Below, in pieces: positions 29,383 to 38,237 of a DNA stretch of 64,000 bases. The position numbers and the translations under genes are program-made. Positions within the stretch are counted from its first letter, which is position 1, and every line of letters starts with the position of its first letter. The DNA is from an uncultured delta proteobacterium. Lineage in GTDB: Bacteria; Desulfobacterota; Binatia; Binatales; Binataceae. The DNA is taken from positions 1 to 64,000 of the forward strand of contig CAVQEQ010000003.1 of the NCBI GenBank assembly GCA_963711565.1. Reading direction: 5' to 3'. The notes below the pieces were generated by a model. The model ran no database searches, was not told where the DNA came from, and saw only the letters and a list, made by a program, of their open reading frames with translations.

Positions 29383-30264
29383 CTACGCGAGCCTGGGGCG
29401 GACCTCGGTGTCGAAGCGGTCGAGGAATTTTGCGAGCGGCTCCGCGCCGAGCGGGCTTATCAGGATTTGGTCGACGCCGATTGCGGCGAACCGATTGAGG
29501 TAGTCGGCGATTTCAGCGGGCGGTGCCAGGATGCCTTCGACGTAGCCGCCCGTGTCCGTCCATTTCGGCGCGAAGCCGAGATACACGCGATGACTGATCG
29601 CAAAGCCGTCCAGGTTGCGGCTGCGGCGCGCCGCGAGTTCGCGAATCCATCCGATTCGCTCGGCGACCTGGTCGGGATTCATCCGCGTCCCATGCCATCC
29701 GTCACCAAGCTCGACTGCGCGGCGAACGGCGCGACGGCTGATGCCTCCCACCCAGATCGGAATGTTGCCGGCGGCAGGACGCGGGCCGAAGCGCATGCCG
29801 GTGAGATTGAAGAACTCGCCGTGAAATTCCGGAACGGCGGACGACCACGCCGCGCGCATCAGCTTGATCGCCTCGTCGGTGTAGGCGCCGCGCTTTTCGA
29901 ACGATACTCCGAGCGCGCGGAACTCGGCTTCGAGCCATCCGCTGGCGACTCCGGCAATGACGCGGCCGGACGAAAGCCGGTCAAGCGTGGCGAGTTCCTT
30001 GGCGAGATGAATCGCGTTGCGATACGGCACGACGATCACACTGGTCGCGAGCTTGATCCGGCTGGTGACGGCGGCGACATAGGCGAGCGTCGCGATCGGT
30101 TCCAATATTTCGATCGGCGGCAGCCGGCCGCCCGACTCGGGGACTACCAGATGATCGCTGACCCAGATCGATTCATAACCGGCATCCTCTGCTCGCCGGG
30201 CGGCCTGAGCAATCTCGCCGGCCGCAGCCGCACCGATTTGCGGCAAATGAAGTCCGAGTTTCAT
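29383..30264 (-). CDS. LLM-class (probably F420-dependent, Rv2161c-like) oxidoreductase
   Basis: MKLGLHLP, SIWVSDHLV, ATLDRLSSGR, GWLEAEF, PIWVGG, GDGW. Confidence 0.85.
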   Translation of the reverse strand: MKLGLHLPQIGAAAAGEIAQAARRAEDAGYESIWVSDHLVVPESGGRLPPIEILEPIATLAYVAAVTSRIKLATSVIVVPYRNAIHLAKELATLDRLSSGRVIAGVASGWLEAEFRALGVSFEKRGAYTDEAIKLMRAAWSSAVPEFHGEFFNLTGMRFGPRPAAGNIPIWVGGISRRAVRRAVELGDGWHGTRMNPDQVAERIGWIRELAARRSRNLDGFAISHRVYLGFAPKWTDTGGYVEGILAPPAEIADYLNRFAAIGVDQILISPLGAEPLAKFLDRFDTEVRPRLA

Positions 30265-30281
30265 CGCGGTTCTCCCGCGGC

Positions 30282-31061
30282 TCAGTAATTCGGATCGCCC
30301 CCGAGGATCGCAACGACCCCCCGGCACGTCGGAAAGTCATAATGCGTCGAGGCCATGCAGACCCGCCACGCGGCGATATTGTCGTGCTTGCCGATGAGTG
30401 CGAGCAGCTGCGACTTGACCGGGTCCTTGACCTGCGTCGCCGCCGCCTTTGCCCGTTCACGTTCCGTCGCGCGCATCTGCTGCAGCTTGGCAAACCGCTC
30501 CATGCCGAGGGCGGTCGGACATGGCTGCGATTCGTACCACTCGCCGTTTTCCTGGCCGATCGGGAGGTTCACCGTGTCATTGTTGCCGTCCTCGGCGGTG
30601 AACTGCATTCCCATCAGATAAGTCGGTGGCAGCGGGTAGGTCGCGAATTTCGAGCCAGTCAGAACTTTTGACTGCAGCTTGGTAATCGTCAGCTTGTAGT
30701 TCCTGCTGATCGGAAGCTGCAATTGCCGCTTGATCCGGTCTTCAAGAAAATCCTGGTTCTTGCCGATGCACTTCAAGGTGGACGGCGCGATCAGCTGCTT
30801 CATCGCGGCAAAGTCCTTCGAGTACATCGCGCTCGCCACCTTGTGCGCGAAAGCCTGCTGCTCGGGTGTGCCCTTCTCGGCCTCCTTCTGCGCAGCCGCC
30901 TCCAGGGCAGACAGGGTCGGCGCCCCTTGCGGAAGGGCGGCCGGCGCTCGTACCGCCCACGGCGACTCCTGCGGCTTCGGGGACTGTTGCGGGTAAGCAG
31001 GCGCGGCGAGCGCGGCGAGCATCGCCAGCAAAGTGGCTGTCAGTCGGAAAGATTTCAGCAT
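30282..31061 (-). CDS. Exported hypothetical protein
   Basis: AGGAG RBS, signal peptide MLKSFRLTATLLAMLAALAAPAYP, four Cys. Confidence 0.7.
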   Translation of the reverse strand: MLKSFRLTATLLAMLAALAAPAYPQQSPKPQESPWAVRAPAALPQGAPTLSALEAAAQKEAEKGTPEQQAFAHKVASAMYSKDFAAMKQLIAPSTLKCIGKNQDFLEDRIKRQLQLPISRNYKLTITKLQSKVLTGSKFATYPLPPTYLMGMQFTAEDGNNDTVNLPIGQENGEWYESQPCPTALGMERFAKLQQMRATERERAKAAATQVKDPVKSQLLALIGKHDNIAAWRVCMASTHYDFPTCRGVVAILGGDPNY

Positions 31062-31105
31062 CTCACTCCTTCGGTGCATTCGGGGTGCCTCTCGAAATGG
31101 CGAGA

Positions 31106-33178
31106 TTAATCTTTGTCGGGGATCGACTTCAATTGCTCGAGCCATGCGCTCGCTTCGCTGTCCGAGGGCGCGCGCCAGTCGCCGCGCGGCGACAGCGATC
31201 CCCCCGAACCGACCTTGGGCGCGTTGGGGATAGTGCTGCGCTTGAACTGGCTCAACTGGAAGAAACGGTAGAGGAAGGTGTGCAGATGCCCCTTGATGGT
31301 CGCGATGGCGTATTGGTTGCGGCGGTCGCGCGGAATGTCAGGCCATTCGCCGGCGTCTTTGTCGTGCCACGCGTTGTACGCGAGGAACGCGACCTTCGGC
31401 GGCGGGTAGCCGAAGCGCAGCGTGTAGTAGAGAAAAAAATCGTGCAGCTCGTAGGGGCCGATCGTCGCCTCGGTGTCGTGGCTGGAATGTCCGTCGGCCG
31501 AGGTGCCGGGAATCAGCTCGGGGCTGATCGGCGTCGCGAGAATTTCGAGCAGCGTCGAGCTGGTCTGGCGGCCGAGGCTCTCGGTTTGCGCCAGCCATCG
31601 AATGACGTGCTGGATCAGCGTCTTCGGCACGCTCGCGTTGACGCTGTAATGCGACATGTGATCGCCGACGCCGTACGTGCACCATCCAAGCGCCAGCTCA
31701 CTCAGGTCGCCGGTGCCGACCACCAGGCCGCCGCGGAGGTTCGCCAGTCGAAAAAGATGGCTGGTGCGCTCACCCGCCTGCACATTCTCGAAGGTGACGT
31801 CGTAAACTTCTTTGCCCTCGGCATAAGGATGGCCGATGTCCTTGAACATCTGCATGCAACTCGGACGGATGTCTATTTCGTCGGTCGCGCAGCCAAGCGA
31901 CTTCATCAGGCGGCGCGCCTGCTCGAGCGTGCGCGCGCTGGTGGCGAAGCCCGGCATCGTGACGGCGAGAATATTTTTCCGCGGAGTGCCGAGACGGTCC
32001 ATCGCGCGGGCGCATACCAGCAGCGCGTGGGTCGAATCGATGCCGCCCGAGACTCCGATCACGACGCGCTCGAGCCCAGTCGAGCGGATGCGGGTCGCGA
32101 GGCCTTGCACCTGGATGTCGAAGACTTCGGCGCATCGCTCGTCGCGCGTCGCGGGATCCGAGGGCACGTACGGGAAGCGCTCGTAGCGCCGGTTCGGCAG
32201 CATTTTGCCGCGCCGTGGCAATTCCGCCGAAAATGAAATTCGCCGAAAGCGCCGCACGCGCTCGAGCTCGCGCTGCGCGGTGTCGCCGAACGTGTTCTGA
32301 CGCATCCGCTCCTGCGACAACCGCTCGAGATCGATTTCCGCGCAGACCACTTGCGGCTGATCCTTGAAGCGCTCCGACTCGGCGATGATATTGCCGTTTT
32401 CGGCGATCAGCGCGTGCCCGTCCCATGCCAGATCGGTGGTCGATTCGCCGACGCCCGCCGCCGAGTACGCGTACGCCGCGAGGCATCGCGCGGACTGGCT
32501 GGCGACGAGAGCGCGGCGGTAGTCGGCCTTGCCAATCGTGATGTTCGACGCCGACAGATTCAGCAGCACGGTCGCGCCGGCGAGGGCCGCGTATGACGAC
32601 GGCGAAATCGGCACCCACAGGTCCTCGCAAATCTCGGCGTGGAAGGTGAGCAACGGCTGCTCCTCGTGCTGGAAAATGAGGTTGTTGCCGAACGGGACGG
32701 CGCGGCTGCCGGCGAGATCGACTTCGTCGCGCGTGGCAGCGTCGGCCGAGGTGAATTGCCGCGGCTCGTAAAATTCGCGGTAGTTCGGGAGATTGGTCTT
32801 CGGCACGACGCCGAGAATCTTCCCGCGATGAATCACGACCGCGCAGTTAAACAGATGATTGTCGATCTGGAGCGGCGCGCCGACCACGCTGACGATCGAG
32901 AGCTTGGCGGTCGCCTCGACCACCGCGGCGATCCCGTCGAGGCATGCGTCGAGCAGCGCGCGTTGCTGGAACAGGTCGTCGCACGAGTAGGCCGTCAGCC
33001 CCAATTCGGGGAACAGCGCGAGGATCGCCTTGCGCTCGGCGGCCTCGCGGATGAGCGCGATAGTGTGCTCCGCGTTGTAAGCAGGGTCGGCGACACGAAC
33101 GGTCGGTACTCCAACCGCGATTCTGACGAAATCGTGGTTGTAGAGATTGAAAAAGTTCCCGTTTCCGTTCCTGGTCAC
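31106..33178 (-). CDS. nadE: Glutamine-dependent NAD+ synthetase
   Basis: Nitrilase domain ([24 protein letters not shown]) plus synthetase [22 protein letters not shown]. Confidence 0.95.
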   Translation of the reverse strand: MTRNGNGNFFNLYNHDFVRIAVGVPTVRVADPAYNAEHTIALIREAAERKAILALFPELGLTAYSCDDLFQQRALLDACLDGIAAVVEATAKLSIVSVVGAPLQIDNHLFNCAVVIHRGKILGVVPKTNLPNYREFYEPRQFTSADAATRDEVDLAGSRAVPFGNNLIFQHEEQPLLTFHAEICEDLWVPISPSSYAALAGATVLLNLSASNITIGKADYRRALVASQSARCLAAYAYSAAGVGESTTDLAWDGHALIAENGNIIAESERFKDQPQVVCAEIDLERLSQERMRQNTFGDTAQRELERVRRFRRISFSAELPRRGKMLPNRRYERFPYVPSDPATRDERCAEVFDIQVQGLATRIRSTGLERVVIGVSGGIDSTHALLVCARAMDRLGTPRKNILAVTMPGFATSARTLEQARRLMKSLGCATDEIDIRPSCMQMFKDIGHPYAEGKEVYDVTFENVQAGERTSHLFRLANLRGGLVVGTGDLSELALGWCTYGVGDHMSHYSVNASVPKTLIQHVIRWLAQTESLGRQTSSTLLEILATPISPELIPGTSADGHSSHDTEATIGPYELHDFFLYYTLRFGYPPPKVAFLAYNAWHDKDAGEWPDIPRDRRNQYAIATIKGHLHTFLYRFFQLSQFKRSTIPNAPKVGSGGSLSPRGDWRAPSDSEASAWLEQLKSIPDKD

Positions 33179-33258
33179 GCCGGTGCCCTAATACCAAGAC
33201 TGTGCCGATTGTAGGCGTCCCGTACAAGATTGCCCGATCGGACCGCTCGGCGCTGCAT

Positions 33259-33612
33259 TTACTCCTCGGACTTCTCGACGAACGCCTTCAGCCGGGCTAT
33301 CGCCGCGTCCCAATCCTGCGAAATCTGATCGAGGTACCGCCGTGCGTCGGATAGCCGCCTGGTCTGGAGCTCCCAGATGCGTTCACGACCGACCCGCGAA
33401 CTGCGCGCGAGCCCGGCCTCTTCGAGGGCATGCAGATGTTTCGTGACAGCCTGGCGTGAAACGGATGCACCGACCGCCAACTGCACGATCGACAGCGGCC
33501 CGTCGCCGCATAGCCGGGCGACAATATGCAATCGAGTATCGTCGCCCAGCGCTGCGAAGATCGGCGCGGCCTCGGCAAATTTCGCGGCGGTGGAAGCAAG
33601 AGTGCGTGGCAT
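33259..33612 (-). CDS. ArsR/SmtB-family transcriptional regulator
   Basis: FAALGDDTRL..VSRQAVTKHLHALEEAGL..GRER. Confidence 0.9.
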   Translation of the reverse strand: MPRTLASTAAKFAEAAPIFAALGDDTRLHIVARLCGDGPLSIVQLAVGASVSRQAVTKHLHALEEAGLARSSRVGRERIWELQTRRLSDARRYLDQISQDWDAAIARLKAFVEKSEE

Positions 33613-33614
33613 GG

Positions 33615-34115
33615 TCAGGCCGCCAGCGCGAGGTATTTCTTGATAATCGTCATGTAGTTGGTCCAGCCCTGGTGATGACTGGTACGCGTCTCGGCGCGCC
33701 GCTCCAGCGAGAGTCCGTCGAAACCCGACTCTGTCAGCGTCAGCAACGTACCACCCGGAACCTCTTCCAATTTGAACTCAACCAGCGTGGTCGGCTCGTT
33801 TAGGTAGTCGACGCCGGGCTCTTCGTCGAGCGGATACCATCGTATCGAGAAAAGCCGCATCGGTTCGATGCGTTCGACCGTGATTGTACACGGATTCCCC
33901 TCGCGTTGTTTTTGGCTTTCGGTGGCCGCTGCGTCGACGGAGACAGTAAGCGGAATCACTTTCCCAACGATGCGAGCGCCGGCGACGAAGGCACTGTCGA
34001 ATTTCACGCCGAACCATCTGCCGAACTGTTTGGAGTCGCTGATCGCGCTCCACACACGCTCCAGCGGCGCACGCAGCAGGATCCTCTTCTCGACGCTGTC
34101 GGTGTTTGTTTCCAT
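33615..34115 (-). CDS. SRPBCC/AHSA1-family protein
   Basis: VEKRILLRAPLERVWSAI..TLVEFKLEEVPGGTLLTLTESGF..GW; GGAGG RBS. Confidence 0.9.
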   Translation of the reverse strand: METNTDSVEKRILLRAPLERVWSAISDSKQFGRWFGVKFDSAFVAGARIVGKVIPLTVSVDAAATESQKQREGNPCTITVERIEPMRLFSIRWYPLDEEPGVDYLNEPTTLVEFKLEEVPGGTLLTLTESGFDGLSLERRAETRTSHHQGWTNYMTIIKKYLALAA

Positions 34116-34117
34116 AC

Positions 34118-34180
34118 GCAACCTCCGAGTTGCGCTTATCGTGCCATTGCTCGCTTCTAGATGCAACCGATAGGTTGCAT
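34118..34180. promoter_or_regulatory. Two GCAAC-N6-GTTGC operators, probably bound by the ArsR protein
   Basis: GCAACctccgaGTTGC at 34118-34133 and ATGCAACCgataGGTTGCAT at 34161-34180. Confidence 0.75.
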
Positions 34181-34333
34181 CCAACGACCGCCGGCACTCG
34201 CCTCATTCAGACAATCTTGTTGTTTTTTAGCTACTTAGCTCGATTCGTTTTCTCGTTCACTCCACTGAACAAATTGTTCAATCGAATGTAACGCCTATTC
34301 GAATGAAGGGGCCAAAGAAGAGGAACAACGGTG

Positions 34334-34501
34334 ATGCATTCGACATTATATCCCGGACAGTTCACCCCGGCAGACGGCGTGCGCGCAGCCAAGGACCCCA
34401 AGGCCCGGCTCGGCGCCCGACTCGATGAGATCGCGGTCTTCGCACTGGTAGCGGTCGCCGTCTTGTACGTTGCGGCCGCGAGCTGCTGGTTCGTTATGTA
34501 A
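34334..34501 (+). CDS. 55-aa small membrane protein (below the ORF-track cutoff)
   Basis: MHSTLYPGQFTPADGVRAAKDPKARLGARLDEIAVFALVAVAVLYVAAASCWFVM; GAGGAA upstream; one C-terminal TM helix. Confidence 0.55.
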   Translation: MHSTLYPGQFTPADGVRAAKDPKARLGARLDEIAVFALVAVAVLYVAAASCWFVM

Positions 34502-34608
34502 AGGCGTCAATCCCCCGAGCGCGCCCTGGCGGGGAGTTTCTGTGATGAACGGAGCCCCCGCCAGGAAAATCAAAAGCGAGCCGGGGAATTAGAAAGTTCC
34601 CAGTCCCG

Positions 34609-34659
34609 CACCCGCCGGTGCGTTCCCTAAGGGGGGCACGCATCGGCGGGTGTCCTTTT
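34609..34659 (+). terminator. Long-stem rho-independent terminator
   Basis: CACCCGCCGGTGCGT...ACGCATCGGCGGGTG followed by TCCTTTT. Confidence 0.75.
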
Positions 34660-34772
34660 GCGTCCGTCGAAAGTGCCTCGCCTGCCTTGTCCGCCGTATC
34701 GATCACTGCAATAACAGGATCGCGATACCGGCTCCCGCACCGGGTCGAACCGCCGTCGAAGGAGGACTCGCG

Positions 34773-35381
34773 ATGTCAGCAAACTCAGCCGAGAACGGAA
34801 ACGGAACCCGGCGCGTCGTGCCCGCGAAATTCGCACACGCCGTGCTCGCCACCAAACAATTCCAGGCGATGGTCGATTGGTATACCACCGTGTTGCAGGC
34901 TGAGGTCGTTCACAGCAACGGCATGCTCGCGTTCATGACCTACGACGACGAGCATCATCGGATTGCGATCGCGGCGGTGCCGGGACTCGAAGACAAGCCG
35001 CGGCATGCGGTCGGGCTGGACCATCTCGCGTACACTTACGCAAATCTCGCCGACCTGGTTTACACCTACGAACGGCTCAAGCAGGCCGGCATCACCCCAG
35101 TCGTGACGATCAATCATGGACCGACGACGTCGATGTACTATCGCGACCCGGACGGCAACCGTGTTGAGTTGCAGATAGACAATTTCGATTCGGTCGATGC
35201 GCTCAAGGGATTCTTCCAGAGCGACGCGTTTCAAAAAAATCCTATCGGCGTGAACTTCAACCCTGACGAACTGGCACGCGACTTTCACGCGGGCGTGCCC
35301 GAGTCGGATCTCAAGAAGTACGACGCCACCAGGGGACTCGACCCCGCGACGATGCGGCGCCTGATGGGCGCTAATCAATAG
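34773..35381 (+). CDS. VOC-family protein, single-domain extradiol dioxygenase (BphC2/C3-like)
   Basis: AGGAGG RBS; KFAHAVL, YDDEHHRIA, GLDHLAY, NHGPTTSMYYRDPDGNRVELQ. Confidence 0.8.
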   Translation: MSANSAENGNGTRRVVPAKFAHAVLATKQFQAMVDWYTTVLQAEVVHSNGMLAFMTYDDEHHRIAIAAVPGLEDKPRHAVGLDHLAYTYANLADLVYTYERLKQAGITPVVTINHGPTTSMYYRDPDGNRVELQIDNFDSVDALKGFFQSDAFQKNPIGVNFNPDELARDFHAGVPESDLKKYDATRGLDPATMRRLMGANQ

Positions 35382-35426
35382 CTCGAACATAAGTTTGATG
35401 GAACGAACCGGAGCGGCTGAAGTCGA

Positions 35427-36302
35427 ATGAAACTCGCGACCTTCTCGCATGGCGGCGCGACGCGAATTGGCGTCGTCGTCGAAGATTCTATCGTTGATCT
35501 CACGGCGGCCGAGCCCGAGTTGCCGCGCGATATGATCAGGTTCCTCATGGAGGGACCGTTCGCAATCGATCGCGCGGCCGGCGCGGCAAAGAAATCCACG
35601 AATCGGATTGCGCTCAAGAGCGTCAAGCTGGAGGCGCCGATCGCGCGGCCGCCGGAGTTTCTCGCGATCGGGCTCAATTACGCCGACCACGTCGAAGAAA
35701 CGAAGATGAAGCGGCCCGAGTTTCCGATGTTCTTCAACAAGCAATCGAGCTGCGTAACGGGGCCGGGCGATCCGATTCATCTGCCGCGGGCGTCGTCGGC
35801 GCTGGACTACGAAGGCGAGCTCGGATTCGTGATCGGGCGGCGGTGTCGCCACGTGCCGCGCGATCGCGCCCACGAGGTGATCGCCGGCTACGTGATCGTC
35901 AACGACGTGAGCGTGCGCGATTGGCAGCGCCGCGCGCCGACGATGACGCTGGGCAAGTCGTTCGACACGCACGGGCCGTTCGGGCCTTGGATCGTAACGC
36001 CGGACGAAGTTGGCGATCCGCACAAGCTGGACCTGAAGACGTTTGTCAACGACGAACAGCGGCAGCATTCGAACACGAAGAACCTGATCTTCGACTGCTT
36101 CGCGCAAGTCGAGACGCTCTCGACGGTGTTCACCTTGTTGCCGGGGACCATAGTCTCCACCGGCACGCCCGGCGGCGTCGCGGCCGCGATGAACCCGCCC
36201 AAATGGCTCAAGGCGGGCGACGTGGTCCGCATCGAGATCGAGAAAATCGGCACGCTCGAAAACAAGGTGATCGCGGAACCGTCCAGCACCGACTTAATCT
36301 GA
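35427..36302 (+). CDS. Fumarylacetoacetate hydrolase family protein
   Basis: IGLNYADH, LDYEGEL, NDVSVRDWQ, GKSFDT, TGTPGGV. Confidence 0.92.
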   Translation: MKLATFSHGGATRIGVVVEDSIVDLTAAEPELPRDMIRFLMEGPFAIDRAAGAAKKSTNRIALKSVKLEAPIARPPEFLAIGLNYADHVEETKMKRPEFPMFFNKQSSCVTGPGDPIHLPRASSALDYEGELGFVIGRRCRHVPRDRAHEVIAGYVIVNDVSVRDWQRRAPTMTLGKSFDTHGPFGPWIVTPDEVGDPHKLDLKTFVNDEQRQHSNTKNLIFDCFAQVETLSTVFTLLPGTIVSTGTPGGVAAAMNPPKWLKAGDVVRIEIEKIGTLENKVIAEPSSTDLI

Positions 36303-36715
36303 GGGCCGGGGCGCGGACCCGACGGCCCGTCAGTCGTTTGTCGCCTCGGCATAGTCCTGTCGCTCGCAGCCGTGCCATCCGGGCACTGGTCAACTCAAGC
36401 GATTTGGATCGAACAAGATCCGCCGTTTCGAGCCTTGGAGGCTGCCTGCGATGGGATCGGCCGGTTCAGCGCGTGCTCATCTCTGATAGCTGAGGAATGA
36501 AATAAGTAGCGTCAGCGACAACTATTGCATCAATCTGTTGCATCTACTATACAATTTGTAGCTATCGGTTGACTGAAGCCGCGCGCGCGTCACGTATTAG
36601 CAGCGCTATTGTTCAACGGCCTCGTGGCACATTGATTGCTGACTCTCCCCTGCAAGGAGAGGCGGTTCGGATGGGCGGGATGTAAGTATTAACGCACCTT
36701 GGGGAGGGCGCGAAG

Positions 36716-36913
36716 ATGCTGCCAACTGTGTCGAATGGAGTCCGCGCGTCGGAGCATGAGATCAACCAGGCAAGACCTTCGCACCCTGGAAAGCTGGGCC
36801 GCCTCTTCCTGAAATTTCGTCCGACCTGGCACTCTGACTATTTTTGCCAGAAGCCGCGGCGCTCGATTGACCGCGACCTGCAAGAGCGCTGGCCAACCGA
36901 CTATCCGCTCTAG
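36716..36913 (+). CDS. Possible 65-aa hypothetical protein
   Basis: GGGAGG upstream of ATG; only reasonable ORF in a ~650-bp gap; no recognisable motif. Confidence 0.3.
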   Translation: MLPTVSNGVRASEHEINQARPSHPGKLGRLFLKFRPTWHSDYFCQKPRRSIDRDLQERWPTDYPL

Positions 36914-36954
36914 ACTGGCCGAGTTCCGGCTTCACGTGCCGGCTGTGCGACGAG

Positions 36955-38193
36955 TTAGACGCTTGCCGCCGATGTCACCATGCGGCCCGAATCGCTCATC
37001 GCGATTTTCGCGCGGCGAATGATCAAAGCGAGCAACCCAAAGCATACCAATGGCGTAAGCGGAACGAATGCATAATGTGCGACGGGTTCGCACATCAGCG
37101 GAAGCAGCCACGCGATCACCAACAGCGATTTTTCAAACGGAAAAAACCCTGTGCGCCGCCCCTCAACGGCGAGCCATGCGATGGGAAGGGCGAGCACTAC
37201 GAGGTCGTAATAGAGAATATACGGCGACACCAGTACCATGCCCGCTGCGAAAGCTGAGGCCTTGAGCTCGAACTGAAGGCTCTGTCGCCAGATCCACAGT
37301 ACTATCGCGGCGGCAATGGCGGCGGCCACGATTTGCGCAACGTACCCAACGGCGATCCCTCCTCCGAGCAATCGCGCCGCCGCGAACACGGTTTGCATCG
37401 TATAGAATTGCACCCCGCCGTTTTCGATAACGAGGTGCCGGGTAAATGCGAGCGAATTGAAAAAGGCCCGCCAGGTTTCGGCGCCGAACATCACAAATGA
37501 GATTCCGGCAAAGGCGATCGCCGTGACCGTGGCAGCGAAAAACGCCCGCCACCTGCCGCTACCAGCCAACACGAGTGGCACCAGCACCCCCATCGGCGGC
37601 TTGTACGACAAAAGGCCAAAAAGGATGCCGGCCAGCAGTGGTCTGGTTTCAAGCGAGAGCAGCGCACTTCCAAGCAGGGAAAATGCGAGAAGTCCGTTTT
37701 GTCCGTTCATGAGGTTGGCGAACATGCCGGGGAAAGCCAGCGCCGGCCAAAACGTCTCCGCGCGCGGAATGATCTTGCGAAGCACCAGCAAATAAGCGGC
37801 AAGCGTCAGCATCATCCAGATTCCAAGCGACCACAAATAGGGCAAAAGCGCCTGCGGCAGAACGACTACAAGGAACGTCGGGGGGTAAATCCATGGGCCC
37901 ATGAAGGTTCCGCGCCCAACCGCTTCTTCTTCCAAGGCGTGGAACCGATTGTAGTCATAGACTGCGGACGCTTGCCCTCGAAGCGCCATTTCGGAAGCCG
38001 TCCAGTTGACCTCGAAGTCAACGCCGAGGGGTTTCCCCGTGCTGCTGACCATCCCGTGTAACGTCATCACCCATAAGGTGAAGGTCAAAGCATAAGTCAG
38101 TAAGAAGAGTTTCGGATAAACCCGCAGGCGCTGCCGGTTCAACCAAGGCGCATCAGCAACCCAGGCGATCGCGGATTTGAGACTCTGAAGCAT
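36955..38193 (-). CDS. GT87/DUF2029 family GT-C glycosyltransferase
   Basis: GKPLGVDF..W, WIYPPTF, GQNGLL, YKPP, PYILYYDL; multi-TM. Confidence 0.85.
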   Translation of the reverse strand: MLQSLKSAIAWVADAPWLNRQRLRVYPKLFLLTYALTFTLWVMTLHGMVSSTGKPLGVDFEVNWTASEMALRGQASAVYDYNRFHALEEEAVGRGTFMGPWIYPPTFLVVVLPQALLPYLWSLGIWMMLTLAAYLLVLRKIIPRAETFWPALAFPGMFANLMNGQNGLLAFSLLGSALLSLETRPLLAGILFGLLSYKPPMGVLVPLVLAGSGRWRAFFAATVTAIAFAGISFVMFGAETWRAFFNSLAFTRHLVIENGGVQFYTMQTVFAAARLLGGGIAVGYVAQIVAAAIAAAIVLWIWRQSLQFELKASAFAAGMVLVSPYILYYDLVVLALPIAWLAVEGRRTGFFPFEKSLLVIAWLLPLMCEPVAHYAFVPLTPLVCFGLLALIIRRAKIAMSDSGRMVTSAASV

Positions 38194-38237
38194 AGGCGGG
38201 ATAAATTCTGGCTCCCGATTCAGATCCAAATCAATTT

